Shown here in pieces: positions 12,150 to 24,000 of a stretch of 64,000 bases of DNA. This stretch comes from Narcine bancroftii (Eukaryota), in NCBI RefSeq assembly GCF_036971445.1, contig NC_091471.1, forward strand, positions 127,100,001 to 127,164,000, read 5' to 3'. A model generated the notes under the pieces. It was not told the origin of the DNA. It saw nothing but the letters and a program-made list of their open reading frames with translations, and did not search any database. The position numbers and the translations under genes are program-made. Within the stretch, counting starts at the first letter, position 1. Every line of letters starts with the position of its first letter.

Positions 12150-12720
12150 CCACATCAATGGTTCCATCAAGGAAAGAGTGGAGAACACAACATTTCTGTG
12201 GTGTATATGGGCAACCTATCTTGGACCCACAACACTTCATTAGTCAAGAAGGTGCAGCAGCACCTACACTTCCTAATGAGGTTGAGGAGGGCAAGGCTAC
12301 CACCTCACAGGATCAGAGTTGAGAGTATCCTACCTGGCTGCATCATTGTGTGATATGGTAACCACAAAGCATCAGACTACAAGTCTGTATAGAGCATCAT
12401 TTAAACAGTCAAGAGGATCACTGTGGTCTCCCTTTCCTCTACTGACAACATTTACTGGTAGAGATGCCTAAATAGGGCTCAAAGAATTACAGAAGAGCCT
12501 TCCATTCAGAACACAGGATCTTTAACCTACCACCATCAAGTAGGAGGTACAGGAGCATCAAAATTAGGACTGCCAAGCTGGGTAACAGCTTCTTTCCAGA
12601 GAATATGAGACTGAAGAACAGTATCCTGTAACTATGTAAATCATCCCAAATATTTATTTAGATATTTAAATTATATATGTGATCATTATGTGCAGTGTGT
12701 TGTGTGTTCACCATGGTCTT
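12150..12720 (+). mobile_element. Rex1/Babar LINE 3' fragment
   Basis: NLSWTHNT..VKK.QQHLHFL.RL and ESIL.GCIIV motifs. Confidence 0.7.
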
Positions 12721-12746
12721 GAGAGATACTGTTTCATCAGGTGAAT

Positions 12747-12944
12747 CAGTAAAACCCCTGTTATCCGGAATTCAATTAACTGGTAACCTCAAGCAAATGG
12801 CAAAAAAAAAAATCTCAGAAAATAAATAGGTAAAAAAAATACGGGTTTAAAATCTATACACCTTTCTGTTAGTTCACCAATCCACACAACACGCGATCTC
12901 AAGCAACTGGAAAAATCACTTATCCAACACCAAGTGTTTTACTG
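12747..12944. mobile_element. Tc1/mariner (pogo/Tigger-like) MITE
   Basis: Terminal inverted repeats CAGTAAAAC...GTTTTACTG, with TA on the right flank. Confidence 0.6.
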
Positions 12945-12960
12945 TACTTGTATAATCAGA

Positions 12961-13879
12961 TGACTTCCAGGCCAAACTGAGAAAACTGAGGTCCTCCATC
13001 AGCCAGCTCCCCACCATGACTACCAGCCCCCCCACATCTCCATCGGGCACACAAAACTCAAAACGGTCAACCAGTTTACCTATCTCGGCTGCACCATTTC
13101 ATCAGATGCAAGGATCGACAATGAGATAGACAACAGACTCGCCAAGGCAAATAGCGCCTTTGGAAGACTACACAAAAGAGTCTGGAAAAACAACCAACTG
13201 AAAAACCTCACAAAGATAAGCGTATACAGAGCCGTTGTCATACCCACACTCCTGTTCAGCTCCGAATCATGGGTCCTCTACCGGCACCACCTACGGCTCC
13301 TAGAACGCTTCCACCAGCGTTGTCTCCGCTCCATCCTCAACATCCATTGGAGCGCTCACACCCCTAACGTCGAGGTACTCGAGATGGCAGAGGTCGACAG
13401 CATCGAGTCCACGCTGCTGAAGATCCAGCTGCGCTGGATGGGTCACGTCTCCAGAATGGAGGACCATCGCCTTCCCAAGATCGTATTATATGGCGAGCTC
13501 TCCACTGGCCACCGTGACAGAGGTGCACCAAAGAAAAGGTACAAGGACTGCCTAAAGAAATCTCTTGGTGCCTGCCACATTGACCACCGCCAATGGGCTG
13601 ATAACGCCTCAAACCGTGCATCTTGGCGCCTCACAGTTTGGCGGGCAGCAGCCTCCTTTGAAGAAGACCGCAGAGCCCACCTCACTGACAAAAGGCAAAG
13701 GAGGAAAAACCCAACACCCAACCCCAACCAACCAATTTTCCCTTGCAACCGCTGCAATCGTGTCTGCCTGTCCCGCATCGGACTGGTCAGCCACAAACGA
13801 GCCTGCAGCTGACGTGGACTTTTTACCCCCTCCATAAATCTTCGTCCGCGAAGCCAAGCCAAAGAAAAAAAAGAAAGAA
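12961..13879 (+). mobile_element. RTE LINE, 5'-truncated, young
   Basis: Open RT C-terminus ending at 13812, A-rich tail, and a 12-bp TSD ATAATCAGATGA at 12952-12963 and 13880-13891. Confidence 0.93.
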
Positions 13880-14193
13880 ATAATCAGATGATAATAAACT
13901 TGAACATTCTGGTGAATCTCTTTTGAACTCTATCCTAATATGTGTGAAATAGGATGAAATGCATCATACAAAACAACATTTGCTTTGCTTCTTCCCAAAT
14001 TCAAAAAATTCCTTTCACCAGAATCACATACTCCAAGAAAAATAACTGAACTGATTTTAAGTCTTCAAACATTTGTTTTCAGCGTATGGTTGCAAGAATT
14101 CAAACCTTTTGTACTACCCTTTTTAGAAAAAAAATGAACTTGCAAAAGTGCATCTATTCCAACCAAGACAACAGGATTAATGCTCCCAAGCTT

Positions 14194-14360
14194 TTAGCAA
14201 TCTAACTCCTAAAAGCATACAGAAAATTGACAGTGAATCAATCTACTTCTAGTTCTTTCTTTCCTACAGTACTTAAATGAAAACACTGACATCAGCTATC
14301 TATTGAGGCAGATAATGAAGATAGGAAGGAAGTTAGAGATGTAACCTGTTATTTCACCTA
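14194..14360. repeat. Left arm of a 167-bp inverted duplication (partner 16731-16897)
   Basis: Reverse complement of 16731-16897, with one mismatch seen. Confidence 0.92.
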
Positions 14361-14484
14361 TCATTAAACATGCTGAAGTTCTGAAAAGCTGTATCACAGA
14401 CCCACCAACCAAAACTCTTTCATTCTAAATTAGCATATTTGGATAGCTTCAAGAAATAACTGAAATACCCTGCTGCTAACTTAC

Positions 14485-14545
14485 TTCCAGTCACAGAAGG
14501 TTTCCAAATCTCGCCATTCTTGCAAGAATCTCCTCAGTTTTAGAT
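14485..14545 (-). CDS. Probable internal exon (61 nt) of an unidentified - strand gene
   Basis: Acceptor cattttattccttacAG and donor GTAAGT. Only one frame is open: (D)LKLRRFLQEWRDLETFCDW. Confidence 0.55.
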
Positions 14546-14629
14546 CTGTAAGGAATAAAATGAATGGTTTCACCTTATGGTTGTTGTATGAATAGATCTT
14601 GGAAGATTGGTCTTATCTTTGGTTAGAAA

Positions 14630-14862
14630 GGGCACCTGGTTATTGTAGCGGTTAATACAACTCTAATACAGTAACAATGACCTGGGTTTGAATTCAGCAT
14701 TGTCTGTAAAAAGCTTGTACATTCTCCCCATGTCTGCATGGGTTTCCCCACAGGTGCTCCAGTTTTATCTCACATTCCAAGTATGTGTGGGCTTAGTAGG
14801 TTAATTGATCACATGGGTGCTTTTCAGAAGCATGGACTTGTGGACCAAAGGTCCTGTTACCT
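14630..14862 (+). mobile_element. tRNA-derived SINE
   Basis: Homologous to 10408-10636. Confidence 0.7.
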
Positions 14863-15469
14863 GTAATGTTAGTGATCACGTTTGCATGGCCACCAGCAAG
14901 GCCTTGATTATAGTTACTGTTTGATTAGAGTTGGCTGCCAGCAAGGGGCTGACACAGAGACTTGCAGCCTCATGGCATGCCTCATGTGCTGTTTACCTCA
15001 ACTTTAAAGTAAATAACCTTTTCCTTCATCCATGTGTTGTCTAAGAACTCACACATACGAATACAAGATGAAACATTATTGTGCTGTATCTATATTAAAA
15101 AAAAACCTGTGTGGAATAATGTACAATTTCATCATTAAAAGGAAACCATTTTATATCAAAATGAGGAATACCCTCACCTTTGAAATTCTTCATTGCAAAT
15201 GTTTGATGATGCTCAGTTATTTTGCTTCTACAAGGGAGTAGTGGATAGTGGTAGAAGAGAAACAGAGTTAACGATTCAGGTCTTTAATTGTTTCTCTTCC
15301 TACAGATGCAGCTTGGCTTACTGAGTGCTTTTGTGATTTTTTTTGCTTTTACTTTCAATTCCAGCATCAGCAGTTTTTATAATCAAGCCTAATGATATAT
15401 TGCATTGAATCTCAAGAAAGCAAAGCCAGTAGTTCCACAAGAAATGGAAAAAAAAATTAATTCCACAGA

Positions 15470-16985
15470 CTTGGACTGAGATATTTGTGTCCTCTTTAGC
15501 ACAGGTGATGTCCAGAAGAGAGGAGAATAGCCAGAGGTGTTACTTTGTTTTAAAATTGGCAATCCAGAAAAAGTGTGGGCTAATTAGAGGCAGTCAACAT
15601 GGCTTGGGCAGGGGAGGTCCTGTCTCACATATCTGATTTAGCTTTTTCTGAGGAGGAGATGAATATGATAGACAAGGGTAGGAAAATGCTGTCCACATGG
15701 TCTTTAGCATAACACTTGACAAGGTCCTTCCTGGTAGGCTGGTTCAAAAGATTGAGTCACATAAGATTCATAGCACATTGTAAGTTGGATATAAAATTGG
15801 CTTGGTCATGGACGGCAAAGGATGGTGGTGAAAGGTTACTTTTCTGACTGGTGGTCTTGTGATCAGCAGTGTTTTCAAGGATCAGTGCTACTTCAGGAAT
15901 GCTTGTAATATATTTGTTAGTTTTCAGAAGGCACAAGAATTAGTAGAGCAGTGTATTGTAAGGAAGGTTATCCAATGACACAGCAGGACAAAGACCTGGT
16001 AGATGGAATTTAAGGCTGAAAAGTGTGAGGTGTTGCACTTTAGGAGGCTTAATGTGAAGGCAAAGTATACAGTAAATGGCAGGACCTTTCAGAGCACAGA
16101 TGTTCAGAGGTATCTTGGAAGGCAACAAAAATAAATAGGATCATAAAGGAGGCATACAGCAAGTTTATTTTCTTTCATCTGGTATCGAGTATAAAAGTTC
16201 ACGTCAAATTGCCATTGTATAAAACTTCGGTTGGATCACATTTGGAATGTTATGTTTTCTGTTCTTGTTGTCACATTACAAGAAGAATACAAGGTTTTGG
16301 GGAAGGTTCAGAAGAGGTTCATCAGGATGAGACTGGGATTAGAGAATATTAGCCATAAAGAGCAATTGAACTCACTTGGATTATTTTCTTTAAAGCGTCT
16401 GATAAAAAGTTAACCTGGGTTAAGTAACGACAATTTTGTTTTTGTTAATATGTTGTGAGTTTGTTGTTTCACCAATGAAGTGTGGGGTGAATGTTTTTTC
16501 CATTTGCTTGTGAAACTGCTGGCTTTGTAAAATTATAAGAGGCATGGATAAGTTAGATATCAGAGTCTTTAACTCAGGATGGAAATAAAAAAAAAACCAG
16601 AAGGCAGAGGTGAAAAGTTTGAAGGATATTTGGATTTTTTTTTGAAGAGTGGTAGTAGGTGCCTGGTACACACTGTCAGCAGAAATGATGCAAGTAGATA
16701 CATGGAAAGAGGCTTTAAGACAGACAAATGTAGGTGAAATAACAGGTTTCATCTCTAACTTCCTTCCTATCTTCATTATCTGCCTCAATAGATAGCTGAT
16801 GTCAGTGTTTTCATTTAAGTACTGTAGGAAAGAAAGAACTAGAAGTAGATTGATTCACTGTCAATTTTCTGTATGCTTTTAGGAGTTAGATTGCTAACAA
16901 AGGAATATGGATCACACACAGGCAGTTGTGATTAATTAGATTGGCATCATGGTGCCTGTTCCTGTGATATACTGTTCTGTGTTTG
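15470..16985 (+). mobile_element. Old CR1 LINE fragment containing the 167-bp templated insert
   Basis: Degraded CR1 RT motifs (KCEVLHFR, VQKRFIRM) and a CR1-type 3' end, interrupted at 16731-16897. Confidence 0.7.
16731..16897. repeat. Right arm of the 167-bp inverted duplication
   Basis: Reverse complement of 14194-14360. Confidence 0.92.
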
Positions 16986-17231
16986 ATTTACTGAAATTTA
17001 GGCAGATCATCCATGTTACTTTCCCATGGGAGTGTTCCTCTGTTCTGAGCACCTCAAGCTCAGAAGTGGACCACATTACAGTGCAAATTTACTGTTATGC
17101 AGTGTAAGCTTGACAGTAACAATATCCCGAGGATATTAATACTGAAAGATGGTCACAATAAAGCAGTATTTTAGAAGATAAAAAAAGCAATCAGGAGACA
17201 GCAAGTATATTCAAAAACAATAATGACAGAA

Positions 17232-17466
17232 TTTTTTTTGACCTACAGCAGGTAGTAAGCTATTTCAGGTCACAAGCCAGTGCTGCCCAATTTACTCACA
17301 ATTAACCTACAATCCCCAGTACATTTTGAACAGTGGGAGGAAACCGGAGCCCCTGGGGAAATCCCCCACAGACATGTTCAAGCTCCTTACAGACAGTGTG
17401 GGATTCTAACATGTCCCAATTGCTGGTGCTGTAAAGTCGTTGCACTAAACACAATGTCAACTATGC
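17232..17466 (-). mobile_element. tRNA-derived SINE
   Basis: Reverse complement of the SINE family (GTGGGAGGAAACCGGAG...CTCCTTACAGACAG). Confidence 0.75.
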
Positions 17467-17613
17467 CAATGAAAGAGAAATGGAAACAAAAAATATACAA
17501 AATGGAGTTAAATCAAAGTTGCAAGATAGAAAATAAAATTAAGATAAAGATATGAAATACATAATGGGATTTGGAAAAATGAGACGAGACAATGTGTTTC
17601 AATCAATTTAAAG

Positions 17614-18260
17614 CAGTGGATTTAAACTTTTTATTTCCACTCACATCCCACGTTAAGTAATCGCTATGCCATTGGTGCTCTGTGATCAGTAAGGAATTGC
17701 TTAAGGGTTGAGAATCACTGCTCGAGACCCAAGAGTTAGTGAAATATTTTGCTTGAGAAAAATTGTCATTGACCCATTTCCTCTGGAGTTATGAAACTGT
17801 GCACGTAACGAGCCAATTAGGTACGATTAAAACAGTGGTTGTCAACCTTTTTCTTTCCACTCACATACCATCTTAAGCAATCCCTTACTAATCACAGAGC
17901 ACCATGCAAGGGGAAAGAAAAAGGTTGACATCCACAGCCTTATGCCATAGGTGCTCTGTAATTAGTGAGGGATTACTTAACATGGTATGTGAGTGGAAAG
18001 AAAAAGTTTGACAACCAATGTTTTAATTGTACCAAATTGACTTGTTTTGTATACAGTTTCATAATTCCAAAGGAAATGGGCCAATGACAATTTTTTTCAA
18101 GCAAAATATTTCAGTAACAATTAGTTCTCAAGCAGTGGTTCGCAACCTTTTTCCACCAATCATATACCACCTTAACTAATCCCCAGCTAATCACAGAGCA
18201 TCTATGGCATAGGGATTACTTAAGGTGTTATGTGAATGGAAAGAAGTTTGAAAATCACTG
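17614..18260. mobile_element. hAT (Charlie-like) composite foldback MITE
   Basis: Ends CAGTGG...CACTG with 8-bp flanks ATTTAAAG/GTCTAAAG. The whole element is an imperfect palindrome with internal CAGTGGTT(G/C) TIR copies. Confidence 0.75.
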
Positions 18261-18329
18261 GTCTAAAGAAATGGCAGTGGCATTTGGGAGATTGTTGTTG
18301 GGAAAATAGATGGTAATAAAAGAAGGCAG

Positions 18330-18945
18330 TGGGACCAGACAATGTACTCTGTCAGGTACTGAAATTCTGTGCAGACCGATTGACGAAGGTCCATATGGAC
18401 ATCTTCAACATGTCATTGCAGCAGTCCATCATTTCCTTGGGTTTCAAGACAGCCACCATCATTCTGGTATGAAAAAGGCAACAGTAAAAGGTATCAATGA
18501 TGAGAGACCAATGGTACAGACCTGCACCATTATGAAAAACTTCAAGCATCTGGTGATGGAACATATCAAAGCACACCTCCCAGAGACACTACACCCATTT
18601 CAATTCAACTTCAGATGAAACTGTTTCATGGACAATGCTATAGCCCTTGAGAATCCACTCTATCCTGATCTAACTGGAGAATGATGCCTCATATACCAGG
18701 CTGCTATTCATTGACTTCAGCTTAATATGAGGCTAATGGTGAAGCCATCCTCGCTGAGACTAAACACCTCTCTCTATAACTGGATTCTGGAGTTCCAAAT
18801 GGAGAGATCACAGTCCATCCGGGTTGGCAGCAGAAAGTCAAGCACCATCACATTGAGCACAGGCGCACTTCAAGGCTGTGTGCTCAGCCCATTCCTATTC
18901 ATACTACTGACCCACGACTACAATGCCAGCTCCAACAAAGTCAAA
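18330..18945 (+). mobile_element. Rex1/Babar LINE RT fragment
   Basis: IMKNFKHLVMEHIK..LP..LHPFQF and [19 protein letters not shown] motifs. Confidence 0.75.
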
Positions 18946-18948
18946 ATA

Positions 18949-20866
18949 CAGGCAGCCCCTGGGCTAAATATGTCTGATTTATGAACAACTCATACTTACT
19001 AACCAACAAGCCAGCTGGAAGCAGAATGCTGTCAACTTCCGGTTCGAGATCAGGACTAAAGGGAGTCTATATCCTAAAATGCCTCTAGCTCAAAATAGGT
19101 TAATTCCTTTATCAATAAACAATAAAATCCTGGAACTCCTGGTCCCAAAAAAGGGATCAGGTGTATTGAGGATTGTTATCACCAGGGGCAATTAATATCA
19201 TTTGATCAATTAAAAATCAAAAATGACATAATTAATAATACTATCTTCTGCTATTTTCAATTAAGATCTTATCAAAGGGACAAACTGGGCCCAATGATAA
19301 CCTTACCTCAGTGCAGTGAAGTAGAGACTCTTGTTCGAAAGGGGTCAACAAAGAAATTTATATCAAAAGTGTATTTCCTACTTCAAATGGGTACCTCAAA
19401 ACAGGGGTTACATAAATCTAGACAAAGATGGGAGACTGATTTATGAAAAAAGCTGGTCCGATTTATGTTGGGGCAGCATGACCAATACTATTAATGTCAA
19501 GTATAGATCGGTGCAATATGATTTTTTGCACCAACTATATCTTATGCCACAAAAATTGTACATATTAAAATCAGAAATATCAATGTTTTAGAAGTGACTA
19601 AGAAACAGGAATGTTCTTGCATTCAACCTGGTCATGTTCCAAGGTGAGGCCTTTCTGGAAAGATTTGGAAAATCTTCTGGAACAAATCATTAATATTTGA
19701 TTTATACAGATACTGGAATTGTTTACATTGGGAAATATAGCAGATGTAAGACCTAAAATGAGGCTGTAGAAACACCAATTAGAATTTGTAAAAATGACAT
19801 TGGCGGTAGCCAGGAAGTATATAGTAATTACCTGGAAATCTGATTCCCATCTAGATCCAACTCGTATGAAAGTGGAAATATTTGCTTGTATTCCACTGGA
19901 GAAAATTACTTACAACATTAGGAAAAAATACAATGTTTTTTTCTAAAAATTTGGAGTCCAACATGTAGATTCTTAATGATGGCTCATGCCCTCAGCCCCT
20001 GCATCCATGATCCATATGGGATTCTGGGTAAGTCAGGATATTTGTTCCCTGGAAGAAGATTGATGAATCCAAATAAACCTTTTTCTTCTTTTCTTTTTAT
20101 TCTCTTTTTTCTTTCATCTCTTCAATTCTATTGATATTTCTCTCCTTTTTTTCTCTGGAAGGATGGGACATGGTGGGAGGAAGGGTTAGGGCTGGTTCTT
20201 CTTTTCCTTTCCTTGTTTTTTTTAAATTTTCTTACTAAAAATCAACATTGAATAATAAGATTATGTTTATTTTATGTAATTGATGAATTTCATGTTTTTA
20301 TGTTGATTTGAAAAACATAAATATATATTTTTTTAAATTCTGGTTCGAGCGTGGTTGAGGTCAGCATCGCAAGGGAATATGCTGTATGATACTCTTTTTC
20401 ACCTGCAGTTTTAAATTTGCATCTGAAAAGTTTTATTGTTGTTGCTATTTAAACCACCTCATAATTTTTTGCAACACTCTAAAATATTTGAAATATAGAC
20501 ACTGAGCTGTGGAATGGAGATATTTAAGTGGCTGTCTTGAAAGTTATCACTGTCCCTGCTTTGATCAGGCTATCCCATAGCATGCTGCCTTACACTGATG
20601 GGAATGGTTATTTTCGTCTATGCTCTGATACAGCAGTCCAGCGCTAGACCACTAAACAAAGCATTAGTGTTAGGGTTATGGGTAAACTACATCAGAAAAA
20701 TATTTTCTAAAATAAACTTATTGCCAATAAAGATCGAATGGCAATAGTTTTATATATCACTTTTATAGCATTGTAACGTATTACGCTAAAGTGTATTGTA
20801 ATAATGCTTAGAACAGTGCAGTTTTCCATAGCACTGAACTTGCTGGGAGCACATTAACCATGTTGT
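18949..20866. mobile_element. Tigger/pogo-like DNA transposon remnant interrupted by L1
   Basis: Left TIR TA|CAGGCAGCCCCTGG. The sequence resumes after the L1 TSD at 20349. The right boundary is uncertain. Confidence 0.4.
19049..20334 (+). mobile_element. L1-clade LINE 3' fragment
   Basis: FLHQLYLMPQKL...FLHSTWSCSKVRPFW C-terminal domain and a T-rich 3' UTR. Imperfect TSD of about 15 bp: AACTTCCGGTTCGAG (19034) and AAATTCTGGTTCGAG (20335). Confidence 0.75.
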
Positions 20867-21046
20867 ACTCTTATTTTGTCTGGTTTACAAGTGACTCTTT
20901 ACTGCCTCCTTGGTTTAAAGGCAGCTAGAAATGAATAGCCTTTTTGCAGCTGTTTCCACCTCGAAGTTTCACATGGGAAAAATCAAATCCTGACCCTCCA
21001 GCAGCAGGTTCATCCACTCCAACAGTAGCCATCTCTCTATCATTTT

Positions 21047-24000
21047 AGAACCATAGAACACTACAGCACAGAAAACAGGGTCTTCAGCCATTTTAGTTTG
21101 TGCTGAAATATCATTCCACTAGTCCCACTGACCTGCACCCATTCCATAACCCTCCAGACCTCTCCCATCCAATTTATTCTCAAAACTTAAGAGTGAGCCC
21201 ACATTTACCACATCAGATGGCAGCTCGTTCCACACTCCCATCACTCTCTGAGTGAAGAAGTTCCCCTCTTCTTTTTCTCTTTGGCTTGGCTTCGCAGATG
21301 AAGATTTATGGAGGGGTAATGTCCACGTCAGCTGCAGGCTCGTTTGTGGCTGACAAGTCCGATGTGGGACAGGCAGCCAAGGTTGCAGCGGTTGCAAGGG
21401 AAAATTGGTTGGTTGGGGTTAGGTGTTGGGTTTTTCATCCTTTGTCTTTTATTGGTGAGGTGGGCTCTGCGGTCTTCTTCAAAGGAGGTTGCTGCCCGCC
21501 GAACTGTGAGGCGCCAAGATGCACGGTTTGAGGTGATATCAGCCCACTGGCGGTGGTCAATGTGGCAGGCACCAAGAGATTTCTTTAGGCAGTCCTTGTA
21601 CCTCTTCTTTGGTGCACCTCTGTCACGGTGGCCAGTGGAGAGCTCGCCATATAACACGATCTTGGGAAGGCGATGGTCCTCCATTCTGGAGACGTGACCT
21701 ACCCAGCGCACTTGGATCTTCAGCAGCGTGGATTCGATGCTGTCGGCCTCTGACATCTCGAGTACTTTGATGTTAGGGATGAAGTCGCTAGGTGATGCCG
21801 GTAGAGGACCCATGATTCGGAGCCGAACAGGAGTGTGGGTATGACAACGGCTCTGTATACGCTAATCTTTGTGAGGTTTTTCAGTTGGTTGTTTTTCCAG
21901 ACTCTTTTGTGTAGTCTTCCAAAGGCGCTATTTGCCTTGGCAAGTCTGTTGTCTATCTCGTTGTCGATCCTTGCATATGATGAAATGGTGCAGCCGAGAT
22001 AGGTAAACTGGTTGACCGTTTTGAGTTTTGTGTGCCCGATGGAGATGTGAGGGGGCTGGTAGTCATGGTGGGGAGCTGGCTGATGGAGGACCTCAGTTTT
22101 CTTCAGGCTGACTTCCAGGCCAAACATTTTGGCAGTTTCCACAAAACAGGACGTCAAGCGCTGAAGAGCTGGCTCTGAATGGGCAACTAAAGCGGCATCG
22201 TCTGCAAAGAGTAGTTCACGGACAAGTTGCTCTTGTGTCTTGGTATGAGCTTGCAGGAGCCTCAGATTGAAGAGACTGCCATCCGTGCGGTACCGAATGT
22301 AAACAGTGTCTTCATTGTTGAGGTCTTTCATGGCTTGTTTCAGCATCATACTGAAGAAGATTGAAAAGAGGGTTGGTGCGAGAACACAGCCTTGCTTCAC
22401 GCCATTGTTAATGGAGAAGGGTTCAGAGAGCTCATTGCTGTATCTGACCCGACCTTGTTGGTTTTCGTGCAGTTGGATAACCATGTTGAGGAACTTTGGG
22501 GGGCATCCGAGGCGCTCTAGTATTTGCCAAAGCCCTTTCCTGCTCACGGTGTCGAAGGCTTTGGTGAGGTCAACAAAGGTGATGTAGAGTCCTTTGTTTT
22601 GTTCTCTGTACTTTTCTTGGAGCTGTCTGAGGGCAAAGACCATATCAGTAGTTCCTCTGTTTGCGCGAAAGCCGCACTGTGATTCTCGGAGAACATTTTC
22701 GGCAACACTAGGTATTATTCTATTTAGGAGAATCCTAGCGAAGATTTTGCCTGCAATGGAGAGCGGCGTGATTCCCCTGTAGTTTGAGCAGTCTGATTTC
22801 TCTCCTTTCTTTTTGTACAGGGAGATGATGATGGCATCATGGAGGTCCTGAGGCAGCTTTCCTTGGTCCCAGCAGAGCTTGAAAAACTCATGCAGTTTGG
22901 CATGCAGAGTTTTGCCGCCAGCCTTCCAGACCTCTGGGAGGGGAGGGGGATTCCATCCATACCTGCTGCTTTGCCACTTTTCAGTTGTTCAATTGCCTTA
23001 TATGTCTCTTCCCGGGTGAGGATCTCATCCAGCTTTAGCCTTAAGGGCTGTTGAGGGAGCTGGAGCAGGGCGGATTCTTGGACTGAGCGGTTAGCACTGA
23101 AAAAGTTCCCCCTAAACCTTTCCCTTTTCACCGCAAAACCATGTCCTCTTGTATTTCTCTTCTAATCTAAGTGGAAAGAGCCTAGTTACATTTACTCTGT
23201 CTATACTCCTCATAATCTTGTAAACCTCTATCAAATCATTCCTCATTCTTCTACACTCAAAGGGAATAAAGTCCCAACCTATTTAATCTTTCCTTGTAAC
23301 TCAACTCCTGACAACCTGGCAAAATACTAGTAAATCTTCTCTGCATTCTTTCAATCTTATTGATATTGTTCCTGTAGTTTGGTGACAAGAAATTTGGCGT
23401 GACTAATGTCTTATACAATCTCACCACAACATCCTAACTCCTATACTCAATACTGATTTATGAAGGCCAAGATGCCAAAAGCTTTCTTTACAACCCTGTC
23501 TACTTGTGACACCACTTACAGGAATCATGTATCTGTACACCCAGATCCCTTTGTTCCTTCTCAGTCCCCTACCATTTACTGTGCATGGCCTGCCTTAGCT
23601 TGTCCTTCCAAAATGCAACACCTACATTAAATTCCATCTGCATTTTCTTTCCCATTTTTTCAGTCTGTCCTGGTACCTTTGTGAGCTATGAAAGCCTTCC
23701 TTGCTGTCCACAGTGCCTCCAATCTTCACGTCATCAGCAAACTTGCTGATCCACTTTACCACATTGTCATTCAGATTATTGATATAGACAACCAACAACA
23801 ATAGTCCCACCACGATCCCGGAGAAGCAATCATCCACTACCATTCTCTGTCTTTACTTATTCAGCCAATTTCAAATCCAGTTACAACCTCTCCATGCATA
23901 TTTCGAGTCTGAACCTTCTGAACAAACCTCCCGTGTGGGACATTGTCAAAGGCCTTACTAAAGTCCATGCAGGCAACACCCACAGCCTTTTCTGCATTAC

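Noticed and set aside
8544-13891. RTE target-site preference for ATCAGA (shared by two TSDs)
   Set aside because: The third TSD (AAGTTCCCC) does not share it, and the sample is too small.
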